Source of the DNA: Chiloscyllium plagiosum
Taxonomy: Eukaryota
Assembly (NCBI RefSeq): GCF_004010195.1
Contig: NC_057749.1
Span: 16,216,966 to 16,236,965, forward strand
Length of the DNA stretch: 20,000 nt
Reading direction: 5' to 3'
The translations under genes were made by a program, and so were the position numbers. Each line of letters starts with the position of its first letter. The first letter of the stretch is position 1. Of the stretch, positions 1 through 11,279 are shown one piece after another. The notes under the pieces were generated by a model. It was given only the letters and a program-made list of their open reading frames with translations, made no database searches and was not told the origin of the DNA.

Positions 1-1729
1 GACTTTCAAAAACATAATTCTTTGGAGAAAAGAGTTCACTTCAAAATAAATCCAAGTCGTTTGTGCCCTTACCAGCTCAACGTCACTGACTCCACTTCAC
101 AACAACTGGGATCTCCCACACTGTCAGAAACACGAAGTTCACCTTCACTTGGGTTTTAGGGGAATCTCTGCTCCACGTTTTGCCTCGGGTTTCTCGCTGG
201 GACTCTCACCTCTGCCTCTGTCGTCTTCCTCAAAGTGCAGACATTCTGTTTGAAGATGCAGGCGTCTGTTTCACTGAGGCTGAGTTAAACTCCACCGCTC
301 CCATTGAAGGAAGTGGCGAGTTTCCTGTCTCTGTCCCATGGCTCCTTTATCAAACTAGCTTTGGACAATCCCACTTCACCCTCGGTTTGCTGTTAAAAAT
401 CAGTTGGACAGAGAAAGGGAAAGGGACAGAGAGAGAGAGAGGAACCCAGACTGTCACGGACCAAGCAGAAAATCATAAATATATAGGAGCCAGTTAAGAA
501 CTAGACACATGCTACACACTCAAAAGCAAAAAGTAACAAACACAGTGGTAGAAAAACAGAAATTCAGAGGCACAGATATACTGGAGAACACAGAAAACAT
601 AATTACCTTGGAGAGAGAGAATCCGTCACTATGTAAAGTGCAGGGATCTGGTGAACACACTGAGCCTGTGAAATGGGTATTTTATTCAGGAATAGTTTTC
701 CTATTCCAGTGTTGGTTTGCAGTCTGTGAGAGGCAGGCTGCTGTTTGTTGATATGAAATGACACGCTTTCTGTTCCGGACGGAGGAAGTGGGCTGACATC
801 AGCTCAGCAAGTGCCTGAACCTGGCCAAGTCTCAAAGTTCTCCTTCCCTGCAGAAGGAAAGGGTTCAAAATAAAGTCAGCTCTCACTCCTGGCTCTGATC
901 AGGTGACTGGAGGAAGTGGGTGTCAGGCTATAATGGGACTGAGCCAGGCTTATTAACCATCAGAATGACAACAGGCAACACACAATGTCCAACAGACACC
1001 GGTTTGCTGAAATCAAATCAGTGGGTACTGGAGAAACTCAGTAGCTATATCTCTCATGCTACGTGTCCCCATGGGTTTTCAATTTTGTACATTTTTGCCT
1101 ATGAGCATATATTTCAGACTGTACGGTTGTTTGTGTGTGTTTAATTAGCTGTCTATGTACATCTGTACTTCCGCTGGTCTGTAACATCTGTATGTCTTTC
1201 TGAGTATGAGTGTGTATGCCCATCTCTCTCTCTCTCTCTTCCCCTCTGTTGCTGTTGTCTCTTTCTGTGCATTTCTGTCTCTGCCTGCATGTGTTTATGT
1301 TCCTCCAGCTTCTCCCTGGTATTTTTCACATTTACTCTGCCCCCTGTGACCAGCTCCCAGCAGCAGCTGGAGTGCAGTCTGGCTGTTTGTTTCTAGAATT
1401 TCCTGTAAGACTCCAGGGAAATCTATCAGTGTTTTCTGGAAAGGACCCAGCCCCTGAGCTCCTGCTTGGTCTGGCTTCTTCAGCCTTTCCTTTATTTGAA
1501 TCTTTGGTTTCTATCCCCTCCCGCCCCCACTCCCCCATGACAAACAGCTTTCTCTGGGCAGGCGGGAAAGGGTGGATTTGTTCCTTTTGTTCTCAGTTCC
1601 GACGCTGCTTAAGGTGCGTCTCAAACACCAAAAGCAAGCGGTTAGCACCAGCGGGACAGTCGGCCCTGGTCAACTCTGGCCAGCCCCTGCTGTTAACCCC
1701 AAGGCCGCTCTTTCCAAAAGGACAGTGAG

Positions 1730-1845
1730 AGCTGGGCTGGGCCTGTTGCAGTGTTTCAGTCCAATGCAAGATGCAGGAACAGCACCTCGTTTTCTGCATA
1801 GGCCCTTTCAGCCTTCAGAACCTAACGCTGAGTTCAATAGCTTCA
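1730..1845 (+). mobile_element. Old Penelope-like element fragment (C-terminal end of GIY-YIG endonuclease ORF)
   Basis: Translates, with one frameshift, to QCKMQEQHLVFCIGP/FQPSEPNAEFNSF. This matches the PLE tail motif at 4800-4889 (RRLEEERLIFHLETLQPHGIKVDFTSF). Confidence 0.6.
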
Positions 1846-2170
1846 TCCTCATTATCAAAATCACCCATGGCCTCACCTAGCCCTCCTTACCACTCCTTTA
1901 GCCTTGCAACCCTCTCTGCATTGCTCCAATTTTAACCTCTTTGTCATTGATGGCCATGCTTTCAGCTGCTTAGGCTCCAAGTACTAGAAATCCCTCCCTA
2001 AACGTCTGTCTCTCTCGAGATGCTTATGGACCTCTCTGACCAAGCTTTTGTACACCAGCCCTAATATTGCTTGATGTGACTTGATGTCAAATCTTGTCTG
2101 ATTTATGCCTCTATGAAGCATGTCTGACATGTTTTGCTATATTGTAGGTGGTATGTAAATGCAGCATATC
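1846..2170 (+). mobile_element. Degenerate L2-type LINE 3' end
   Basis: gatggccatgctttcagctgcttaggctccaagtactagaaatccctccct resembles the L2 ORF2 end (GGRAFS..GP.LWNSLP) and is followed by a tail ending ...tatgtaaatgc. Confidence 0.55.
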
Positions 2171-2947
2171 ATTGTTGTTGCTGGCTCTTTCTGGCCCAGC
2201 GATTAACATGTGCCTGAGCACTGGGAATGTGTCACACAGATGACAAGGTCACCAGCTGTGACTAAGAACAATATTCCAAAGCAACAAATGCAGAAAATTC
2301 ACCAAAACTTAAGGATTAGAAAATAAAACAGGAATTCCTCTGGCAAACCAGAACATGCTGTCAGCAGCTGAAGGTAAAAGGCAGCATAATGGCTTCAATG
2401 CCAACACCTTTACTACCCCAGAACAACAGCCATAACTTTTGAAGCATTTACTTAGCATCTGATCATGCTGAAATATAAACAAAACCTGATTAGAATTCTG
2501 TAAGGGCTGTGGACTCAAACAGTATTTTCTGTGTGTGTGTGTCCCTACAGCCCAGGGACTGAAGCAGTTCGTCGCCAGCTTCTCCAGGGTAACTAGGCTT
2601 GGAGAATAAAACACTGGACCAGCCAGTGATACCCATCTTGTCAACAAACTGATCAAAACCCAGAGTGTCGCATTTATGCTTCAGAGCAAGGAACAAAGGA
2701 AGACAGCACCCCATTCCCCACAGTTTCTTAAAGAGAGGGAACTTGGGAAGTGTAGATGAGCAAAATGACCTGGTTGGTAGGTAGATAGACAGAAATTTAA
2801 CGTTACTTGTACGTGTGAAAATATAATAAAACGTGTACAATTTGCCACAAAACAACACCATTTAAGTACCTAAATTATACACTTTAAAAAATAGACAAAA
2901 TTAAGACAAATATTATTTTTTGTTCATTCCACAACCTCTTGGTTTCA

Positions 2948-3158
2948 CTGCCAAGGACCAGGGTCCTGTTGAAATTGTCAATGACCAGTGGAGCCTGTCG
3001 AACCTGTCAATGACTGGGGGGGCCTGTCAAAACTGCTGAGGACCGGAGTCTGTCGAAACTGTCAATGACCGGGGACCTGTTGAAACTGCCAAGGACCAGG
3101 GGCTGTCGAAACCGCCAAGGACCAGGGGCTGTTGAAACTGCCAAGGACCGGGGCTGTC
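2948..3158. repeat. Minisatellite, about 26-28 bp unit, about 8 diverged copies
   Basis: Repeated CTG(C/T)CAA(G/T)GACC(A/G)GGGG(C)CTGT(C/T)GAAA. Confidence 0.85.
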
Positions 3159-4471
3159 TGTGCTGCTGCTTCCTGCAGTCTTTCCCCATTTAAATAACAT
3201 CCGGCTCTTCCATTCTCCCTGATAAAGTGCATTACCTCACAATTTAAACTTAATTTCCTTTCAATTGGCGTTACTCCTCAAGTTCTCATCCCCCTGACAG
3301 GTTGTTTAAACCCACCGCAACAGCACCAGAAAACCTCCCTGTGAAGCTATTAGTTCCAATCTTGTTCAGATGTAACCTGTCCCAGAACTAGACTCAATGC
3401 CTCAGATATCTGATGCTCTCCCCCACCTTATCAGTTCTCTGGCCATATATTCAATCTACTGACCTTATGCCCATTAGCCCATGGCACTGGCGATCTCCAG
3501 TCGCAGACAGTGAGTGAAAGTCCTGAGCCTTGCTCCTGGCCAAACTGTTTCAGCGTAGCTACAATATTCGCAATCACCCAACAATTGTTCATGTATGTTC
3601 TGTCCACAAACAACAGAGTAAATCTGTTCCAGTCAATTAATGCCCATTAGTCTACTCACAATCAGTAGTAAAGTGATGGAAGAGATCATTCAACAGTGCT
3701 TTTAAGTGACACTTACTCAGCAACATCTGGTACATTGATGCTCTGTTTGATTCCTGTCCTGCCTGCTCAGTTCCTGACCTCATTACAGCCTTGGTGCAAA
3801 CATGAACAAGAAGGTTGAACTCCAGAAGCAAAACAGGAGGGTCTGCCTTTGGTATCAAGGTAGCATTTGTCTGCGTGTGGCATTAGGGAGCCCGAGGTTA
3901 TCTGGAATCAATGGGATTCAGATGGTGAAGTCTCCATTGGTTGGAGTCATACCTAATCTCCAGGACACTAAGCAGCAGTTCCTCAAGGTAGTCCCAAACA
4001 TCTTCAGTTGCTTCATCAATGATCTTCCCTCCATCATAAGGTCAGAAGTGGGAATGTTTGCTGATGACTGCACAATATTCAGCACCATTTGCAACTCTTC
4101 AGATACTGAGGCACTAAATGCAGCTAGACCTGGACAACATCCAGGTTTGGGAGATTAAGTAATAATAACATTGGCACCATACAATGAGTCCATCAAACAA
4201 GAGAGAATCTCACTGTTGCCCCTTGATGCACAATGTCTTTTCCTTCGCTGAATTTCCTACCATCAACATCCTGGAGTGTACAACAGACCAGAAATGAAAC
4301 CTGGCCAACTACAGAAATATAATGGCTACAACGTTCTGTAATGGGTAACTCACCTCCTGAATTCTCAAAGCCTGCCAGCCATCGACAAGGCACAAGTCAG
4401 GACTGAGGTGGAATATTCCCCACTTGCCTGGATAAGTGCAGCCCCTACAACACTCAACTCTATCAATGACA

Positions 4472-5797
4472 GCACTAAAGTGAGGACAGCAGATGTTGGA
4501 GATTAGAGTCGAGACTGCAGTCTGGAATGTCAGGCAGCATCGGAGGAGCAGGAGAATCGACATTTCGGACAAAAGCCCTTTAACAGGAGTGAGGCTGTCA
4601 GCCAAAGGGGTGGAGAGAGAAATGGGAGGGAGGGAAGGCAGCTGAGAGTGCGATAGTTGGATGGAGGTGGGGGGTAATGGTGATAGGTCAGTGAGGAGGG
4701 TGGAGCGGATAGGTGGGAGGAAAATGGACAGGTGAGACAGGTCATGGGGACGGCGCCGGGTTGGGAGGTTGGAACTGGGGTAAAGTGGGGGGAGGGAAAT
4801 TGAGGAAACTGGTGAAATCCACTTTGATCCCATGTGGTTGGAGGGTCTCAAGGTGGAAGATGAGGCGTTCTTCCTCCAGGCGACGGGTGNNNNNNNNNNN
4901 NNNNNNNNNNNNNNNNNNNNNNNNNGGGGGAGTGTGGTTGGGGGGGGGAGGGGGCATGGACCTGACCAGGGAGTTGCGAAGGGAATTGTCTTTATGGAAA
5001 GCGGATAGGGATGGGGAGAGAAATATATCCCTGGTGGTGGGGTAGGTTTGTAGGTGGCGGAAATGGTGGAGGATGATGCGATGTGTACGGAGGTTGGTGG
5101 GTTGGAAGGTGAGGACCAAGGGGGTTCTGTCCTTGTTGCGATTGGAGAGGTGGGGTTCAAGGGCAGAGGTGTGGGAAGTGGATGAGATGTGCTGGAGGAC
5201 ATCATCAACCACATGGAAGAGGAAAATTGCCATCTGTAAAGAAGGAGGTCATCTGGTGTGTTCTGTCGTGGAATTGGTCCTCCTGGGAGCAGATGCAGCA
5301 GAGGTGGAGGAATTGGGAATAAGGGATAGCGTTTTTGCAGGAGGAACGGTGTGAGGAGGTGTAGTCCAGGTAGTTGTGGGAGTCGGTGGGCTTGTAGAAG
5401 ATGTCTGTGTTGAGTCAGTCACTGTTGATGGAGATGGAGAGGTCCAGGAAGGGGAGGGAGGTGTCTGAGATGGACCTGGTGAATTTAAGGTTGGGGTGGA
5501 ATGTATTCGTGAAGTTCATGAACTGTTCAACCTCCTCGTGAGAGCACGAGGTGGCACCGATCAATGTAGCTGAGGGAAAGGGGGGAATGGCACCGGTGTA
5601 ACTCCGGAAGATGGACTGTTCTGTGAAACCAACAAAGAGATAGGCATAGCTGGAGCCCATGCAGGTCCCCATGGCTACTCCTTTCGTCCCTTGGCTCACA
5701 GCCTCATTCCTGATGAAGGGCTTTTGCCCGAAATGTTGACTCTCCTGCTCCTCAGATGCTGCCTGACCTGTTGTGCTTTTCCAGCACCACACTCTTG
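4472..5797 (-). mobile_element. 5'-truncated Penelope-like retroelement with inverted terminal repeat and 15-bp TSD
   Basis: RT fragment KGVAMGTCMGSSYAYLFVG...FHPNLKFT...LPFLDLSI and endonuclease tail RRLEEERLIFHLETLQPHGIKVDFTSF. Terminal repeat at about 4478-4600 with an inverted copy at about 5692-5797. actctatcaatgaca is duplicated at 4457-4471 and 5798-5812. Contains the N gap 4890-4925. Confidence 0.88.
5706..5741 (+). ncRNA. Minimal hammerhead-ribozyme-like motif, degenerate at the cleavage site
   Basis: CTGATGA-A-GGGC(TTTT)GCCC-GAAA-TGTT. The CGTC of intact copies is changed to TGTT, which looks like CpG decay. Confidence 0.5.
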
Positions 5798-6262
5798 ACT
5801 CTATCAATGACAAACTTGCCTGATCAACACTGCATCTATCATCTTCCATGTTCAGTCCCACTGCACCGAAACACAGGCGTGTCCTATCTACAAGGTGAAC
5901 TTTTGCAACTCACTAAGACTCCTTCAATAGCACCTTCCAAACCAGCAACCTCTATTATCTAGAAAACAAGGGTAGCAGATACGTGGGAACACCACCCCCT
6001 GCCAGTTCCCCTCCAAGTGCCTCACCATCCAGACTTGGAAATATATCGCCACTTCCTCAATGTCGCTGGTTCAAAATCCTGGGGGCACCCCTACAGCACT
6101 GTGGGTGCTCCTTCTACCCAAGGGCTACAGAGGCTGAAGGTAGCACCTCATCACCACCTTCTCCAGGACCATTAGGGATGGGCAATAAACACTGGGTTAG
6201 CTGGCAACACACACATCCCGTGAATAAAAAAACATCAACTTTTGAACTCTTCAATCACAACT

Positions 6263-6268
6263 TTTATT
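6263..6268 (-). terminator. Probable STRC polyadenylation signal AATAAA
   Basis: tttatt on the plus strand, about 62 nt after the stop codon, followed on the minus strand by a GU/U-rich tract (gttgatgttttttt). Confidence 0.7.
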
Positions 6269-6330
6269 TACTTTCAAATACAAATAAAATACTAGGATCT
6301 AAAACCGATGTCAATCCAACTTGAGAGAGT

Positions 6331-6425
6331 TCAGGTCCAGTTCTCCACGAGGTGATAGGTAATAGATAGACCCAAGAACAGGATAGCCACCTGGGGCCAG
6401 GCTGATAGCACTGCATGATTCTTGC
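6331..6425 (-). CDS. STRC: Stereocilin terminal coding exon (95 nt including TGA); GPI-signal-like C-terminus
   Basis: Acceptor ctttgaactttcag|GC after a 165-nt intron. Encodes (G)KNHAVLSAWPQVAILFLGLSITYHLVENWT*, with TGA at 6333-6331. Phase matches the previous exon and the tail is hydrophobic. Confidence 0.88.
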
Positions 6426-6590
6426 CTGAAAGTTCAAAGAGAGGTAATGTTTAGCTCAAAATTCTTTCTTCTTCACTCCAACCCCACCAACCGACGATAC
6501 TGGCTTTGGCAAGGAGCAATGGCCACATCGTGAGAATGAGCTTAAAGAGGATGTGCCTGAGCTAGCGGTGAATTGTTAACTCAGATGTAC

Positions 6591-6738
6591 CTCTCTGCTC
6601 CTGGTGGATCTCCCCATCATACTGTGCAGTGCTGACAGCTCGCCTCTGCTCTGGGCTCAGCTTCTCGTACTGTTTGCTGGTCACAGCGGATGCCTGGGCA
6701 CTGCTCAGGGATGACAGCTGATCGGTATTGAATACAAC
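6591..6738 (-). CDS. STRC: Stereocilin penultimate exon (148 nt, phase 0 to 1)
   Basis: Acceptor tcttcccccaatag|GTT and donor AGAG|gtacat. Encodes [49 protein letters not shown], with LSPEQRRAV as in mammalian STRC. This frame is not in the supplied ORF track. Confidence 0.95.
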
Positions 6739-6849
6739 CTATTGGGGGAAGAGACAACTGAGAAACCGTTTGTGTATTCATCACCAGACAGGGCGTGGGA
6801 GGCGACTGGAGATGATTGTCAACTTGGAATTTGAAGCTCACAATCAATC

Positions 6850-7320
6850 AGCACAGGAAGAGACCATTCAGCCCAGATTGCCAATGCTGGCTGTTTGACA
6901 GATCTATCCAGTTATTTCCATACCCACACCTGCTTCTATCTCTATAATTCTGCATATTCTCCCCTTTCCAGAATGCATACAACTTCCATTGGGAAGTTAT
7001 TAATGAATCTGCTTTCACTGCCTTTTCAGGAATGCAGCAACATGCTGTATAGATCAAAGAATCACTGTCACCTCCACCTCTCATTCTTTTGCAAGTTACC
7101 AATGAATGGATCAGCCATTTGGTACAGAGATGAGGAATTCCTTCTCTCAGAGGATTGAGAATCTTCAGAATTCCCCACCCGAGAGAGCTCAGTTATGGAG
7201 TACATTCAACATGGAGGTTGAGAGAAATGTCGGGCATGAATGAAATCAGGCGATACAGCAATAAGACAGGAAACAACGGTGTTAGATTGGCCATGACTTT
7301 CTGGAATAGTGGACTCAGGC
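6850..7320. mobile_element. Two old CR1 3'-end fragments in opposite orientations
   Basis: About 6850-7030 reads as a minus-strand CR1 tail (gaccattcagccc; KAVKADSLIT). About 7125-7320 reads as a plus-strand tail (gatgaggaattccttctctcagagg...). Confidence 0.55.
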
Positions 7321-7379
7321 TGCCCCCTCCCCCCGGCTTCACTCTGTATTTTTGTTCATGTGCAGCATCACTTAAAAAG

Positions 7380-7545
7380 ATGTCATTGGTTTGTTATCAC
7401 ATTGTGGGATCTTGCTGTGTGCTAGACTAACTACTGCATTTCCTACAATACAACAGCAACAATTCTTCAAAAGGACTTCATTGACTGTAAAGCAATTTGT
7501 GGTATCCTAACATCACCAAACGAGGGGCTAAATAAATGCAAGTAT
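7380..7545 (+). mobile_element. DeuSINE-like (SacSINE1/AmnSINE1-type) SINE 3' portion
   Basis: ttatcacattgtgggatcttgctgtg...tttcctacaatacaacag...cttcaaaaggacttcattgactgtaaagcaatttg...ataaatgcaagt matches my recollection of the Deu-domain SINE tail. Confidence 0.65.
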
Positions 7546-7610
7546 CCTCTTTTGCTCTCTGTACCCAATGTTATTGCAATGGAAAGCGAGTTTAGCATTT
7601 GAAGACTTAC

Positions 7611-7708
7611 TGCAAATTTGCTCGGGACGATGAGCGAGATGGCTGAAGGTGTGAGTCCTTCAATCTGTTGCTCCACTAGCGATGACAATGTGACGTCAGG
7701 TAGTCCAG
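7611..7708 (-). CDS. STRC: Stereocilin exon (98 nt, phase 1 to 0)
   Basis: Acceptor tttctctcacag|CT and donor GCA|gtaagt. Encodes (A)GLPDVTLSSLVEQQIEGLTPSAISLIVPSKFA, similar to STRC [32 protein letters not shown] as recalled. Confidence 0.95.
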
Positions 7709-7814
7709 CTGTGAGAGAAAATGATCCAATGGGTTTTCTCAGACACTGCATAGTATCATACAACACACAGCCCATGAACTGGACTGACAACAATGAACAT
7801 CATAAATCAGATGA

Positions 7815-8176
7815 CTGTCTGTCTTTGCGTCTGTGTACGTATGTGTCTGTGTCTATGTTTGTCTGTGTGTCTGTCTGTGTGTCTGTATATGTGTGAGATG
7901 AAGAGCTTATGCTGGGAGTGTGTGTGTCTCTCTGTCTGTCTGTCTATGAATCTGTCTGTTTGTCTGTGTGTGTGTCCCTGTCTATGTGTCAGCGTGTGTC
8001 TCCCTCTATGTCTGTGTGTGCGTCTGTGTCTGCGTGTGCATCTGTCTATGTGTGTCTGCCTGTGTGTGTCTGTATCTCTGAATGTGTCTGTATGTCTATG
8101 TGTCAGTGTGCGTGTGTCTGTGTGTGTCTGTCCATATCTGTCTGTGTGTATCAGTTTGTCTGTCTGTGTGTCTGTG
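7815..8176. repeat. (TG/TC)-rich degenerate microsatellite
   Basis: TGTC/TGTG low-complexity tract. It produces the spurious VC-rich and TH-rich ORFs. Confidence 0.95.
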
Positions 8177-8194
8177 CTTGCCATGCACCATAAA

Positions 8195-9025
8195 CCATTA
8201 GAAATAAGGACAGGATAAGGCCATTCAGCCCCTTGAGCCAACTCAGCCACGCAACAGCACCATGGCTGATCCAACATCCCTCACATCCATTTTCCTTCCT
8301 CTGTAACCCTTGATGCCTCAACTGATCAAGAATTTCTCAGTCTTAAATATACACAAGGATTCTACCCCCACAGATCTCTCTGTGGCAAGGAGTTCCAAAG
8401 ACACACAACCCTCTGAGAGAAGGAATTTCTCTTTACCTCAGTCTTAAATTGGTGCCCCTTTATCCTGAGACTGTGCCCTCTGGTCCTAGACTCTCCCATG
8501 AGGGGGAGCACCCTCTCAGCATTGACCCTGTCAAACCCCTTAAGAATCTGATACATTTTAATGAGATCACCTCTCATTCTTCTAAACTCTAGTTATTAGT
8601 CTCAACCTGTTCGGCTTTTGCTCATAAAACCATCCCTCCAGACCAGGATAACGAAACAAAGAGCTGTGGATGCTGGAGATCTGAAACAAAAACAGAAATT
8701 GCTGGAGGAACTCAGCAGGTCTGGCAGCATCAGTGGGAGGAAAGCAGAGTTAGCTCTTCAAGTCCAGTAACTCTTTATCAGAGCCCCTCCATACTAGGGA
8801 TCATTCTAGTGATCCTTGTCAGAACTGCCTCTTCTGAACTAATATATCTTCTTAAATAAGGCAACCAGAACTACTCCCAATACTCCAGCTATGGTCTCCC
8901 CATCATCTTGTACAGTTCCCTATTCTTACCCTCCAACCCCTTGAAATAAAGGCCAACAGCCCATTGGCCGTCCAGTTTACCTGCTGTCCATGTATGCTAG
9001 CTTTCTGGGTTTTGTGAACAAGTAA
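8195..9025 (-). mobile_element. CR1 LINE 3' fragment, interrupted by a PLE terminal-repeat piece
   Basis: ORF 8362-8577 RGDLIKMYQILKGFDRV...SRTRGHSLRIKG...FSQRVVCLWNSLP is the typical CR1 ORF2 C-terminus. Confidence 0.88.
8648..8784 (-). mobile_element. Solo PLE terminal-repeat fragment with a decayed hammerhead-like core
   Basis: gatgctggagatctgaaacaaaaacagaaattgctggaggaactcagcaggtctggcagcatc. The minus strand reads CTGATAA-A-GAGTT(ACTG)GACTT-GAAG. Imperfect TSD ccctccagaccagg / ccctccatactagg at 8634-8647 and 8785-8798. Confidence 0.7.
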
Positions 9026-9878
9026 CCCCCATTCCGCCAAGTCCCTAGTCACCAATAGGCTGCTGCAAAAAAATGATCATTTCCAAAGTAACCGAAGGAA
9101 ATCACTTTGGGATGCCCAGAGGATATGAAACGCAAGCTGTTCCATTTCCTCCTTCAATTTTTTTCAAATAGATGCTTGCCCTTAGCAATTTCAAACTGAG
9201 AAAGCAGTGGGACTTGAGGCTGAAGCAGCAGAAACCAGCTCAGAAAGAGCTCGTTTCTCTCTGACAAATCCTCCCAATGTTGGCCTCACCATGGTAAGTC
9301 TTGTAGATATTTTCTCATCAACCCATTCATGGATGTTAGTACACACAGCTCTGATGTAGGTGGGACTTGAACCGGGCCTCCTGGCCCAGACGTAATACCA
9401 CTACCACTACCCCTTGTGAGATCACCCTGATGACACAGTGTCAGAGTTCAACTTGTTGCAGCCCAGCAACCAATCCACACAAACACACCATCATCCATTC
9501 CAGAAAGAGGAACAGGCCACACAATAAAAGCATGATTGATGTGATATTAACCTCAACACTACATTCCTGCATCCCCCCATCAATCTTTCATCCATTTCAT
9601 GGGCAATTAGGGATGAGTAACAAGTGCTGGCCTTGTCAATGACATCCACATTCCACAACAGCAGAAATGGATAAGATTCCAGCTGGGAGGTGTCTGAAAT
9701 GGACAACGTGAAGCTTTATCCTGTTCCTCCTCAGATTCCCACTGCTCCGTCCAGTATCAGGGAAGCAGCTTCACTCTATTACCAGGCCCTGGCCACCCCC
9801 TCAATGACGAGAACTGAGCAGGGCCCTTCCCAAACTCAGGCTCCATTCCCAATAGGATGAAGACATTGATCCCATTAC

Positions 9879-10027
9879 CTGCAATGGAGCCAATTTCGGT
9901 GAAGATTTCAGGGCCCCAGTTGCTGACCAGCCCGAAGGCCTGGGGCAGGGTGGTGAGATGGGCCAGGGCCTCCAGCTGGGCTTCAGAGCAACTCAGCTTC
10001 AAACCCCCAAGGAACAAGACGGCCTTA
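9879..10027 (-). CDS. STRC: Stereocilin exon (149 nt, phase 2 to 1)
   Basis: Acceptor cttcattacag|T and donor GCAG|gtaatg. Encodes (S)[49 protein letters not shown]. The [12 protein letters not shown] motif is characteristic of stereocilin. Confidence 0.96.
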
Positions 10028-10200
10028 CTGTAATGAAGAGAAGCAGCCTGTGAGCCAGCCAGACACAGCATCTTCCTGTTTTAATTCACTCAAATTAAAA
10101 TTTCACCAACATCAAACTTTACTCATTTTGTTAAGAGCTAATCAAGGTGAGGGGTATGAGGAGTGGTTAAAATCTCATTTTCAAGCTTCAGTGCCTTATT

Positions 10201-10531
10201 AAACACTCCCAGGACAGGAACAGCACAGGGTTAGGTACAGAGTAAAACTTCCTCTACTGTTCCCCACTCCCAGGACAGGGACTGCACGGGGTTAGATACA
10301 GAGTAAAGACCCCGTCAAACACTCCCAGGATGGGGACACCATGGTGTTAGAGACATTGCAAAGCTGCCTCTATACTGTTCCCTATCAAAAATCCCCAGGA
10401 CAGGGACAGCATTAAGTTAGAGACTTTGTAAAACTCTCTCTACACTGTTCCCCATCAATATCCCCAGGACAGGGAAGCATGGAGATAGAGACATTGTAAA
10501 GCTGCCTCTACACTGTTCCCCATCAAACACT
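10201..10531. repeat. Tandem repeat, about 55-70 bp unit, about 5 copies
   Basis: Unit approximately AAACACTCCCAGGACAGGGACAGCACGGGGTTAGATACAGAGTAAAGCTCCCTCTACACTGTTCCCCATC. Confidence 0.85.
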
Positions 10532-10946
10532 GCTGCAGCAGGATTGGATATTTTGTTCCCAGTGTGGTTGGTGTTCAATTCTGCAGCAGTGTACTGCCAC
10601 AGGGCAATGGGAGCTTGGTGTCAGTTCAAGGGAAAGGAAGAGTTTGGTTGGTGTGTTCAGTGCTGATCCAGAGGGGATGGATGTGATGTTGCAGCCATGA
10701 ACAATGTGGGGCGTCTGGTATTTACCTGCCCCTCCCAATCCCAGCCGCAGTTTGTGGAGAACAGGTTAATCTGTTAAACTTCCCTTTCAGCTCTCTTAGC
10801 TGAGTGACCCTTCACCCCAGAGGGCAGACAGTCGTGGAAGGAAGATTGAAAAGAACAACAAAAAAAAAATCCCTTCCATCCAGTGAGGAAATTGAAGTTG
10901 AAATGATGAATTGGATAATGGTCCCCACCGTTCCCTTCTTCCTGAC

Positions 10947-11089
10947 CTGAACTCCTCAGGATTGATCCTCTCGATCTCAGTGACTGCCATCCCACAGATC
11001 AAATGTCCCAGTGCGGTGAGGGTCGTGGCATCGAGCTCTGACACGGACTGCCCTCCCCGTCGGAGGAAGCTGCTAAATCCTGCCCTTCT
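10947..11089 (-). CDS. STRC: Stereocilin exon (143 nt, phase 0 to 2)
   Basis: Acceptor gtgttttctag|AGA and donor TTCAG|gtcagg. Encodes RRAGFSSFLRRGGQSVSELDATTLTALGHLICGMAVTEIERINPEEF, similar to STRC [28 protein letters not shown] as recalled. Confidence 0.94.
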
Positions 11090-11279
11090 CTAGAAAACAC
11101 AAGCAGGTGCAGCGTTCAACTGATCAAACATTGTGCTTCACCCCCTGAGAAGGCAAGAGCTGGCATTTGAGTTTGTGACATAAGGGCTGCCTCCGCCAGT
11201 TTGTTTAAAACCCAAAGCTGTGTATAAACTCTGTCACCGCAAGACTTGAAGCCGGCTCCTGCCGGGAGGAGGTGTTTTT

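Larger units (their letters stand above)
3762..6232 (+). mobile_element. Decayed CR1/L2-superfamily LINE (RT fragment to 3' tail), split by a PLE insertion at 4472-5797
   Basis: RT motif FINDLPSIIRSEVGMFADDCTIF in ORF 3802-4158, with many stops and frameshifts. The tail gggcaataaa...cacatcccgtgaataaaaaaa ends at about 6232. Related tail pieces recur near 9590-9655, 16015-16302 and 17100-17225. Confidence 0.8.

Noticed and set aside
701..886. Minus-strand exon starting at a ccttctgcag acceptor (847)
   Set aside because: No recognisable protein similarity and no convincing donor before the stop.
1..3760. CKMT1 terminal exons, expected from human synteny next to the STRC 3' end
   Set aside because: I found no creatine-kinase-like peptide in the ORF track or by eye.
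4309..5861. Intact or domesticated PLE reverse transcriptase gene
   Set aside because: The element is 5'-truncated and frameshifted, the catalytic YIDD region appears deleted, and it spans an N gap.
7793..8277. VC-rich and TH-rich ORFs resembling membrane or metal-binding proteins
   Set aside because: Translations of a (TG/TC) microsatellite.
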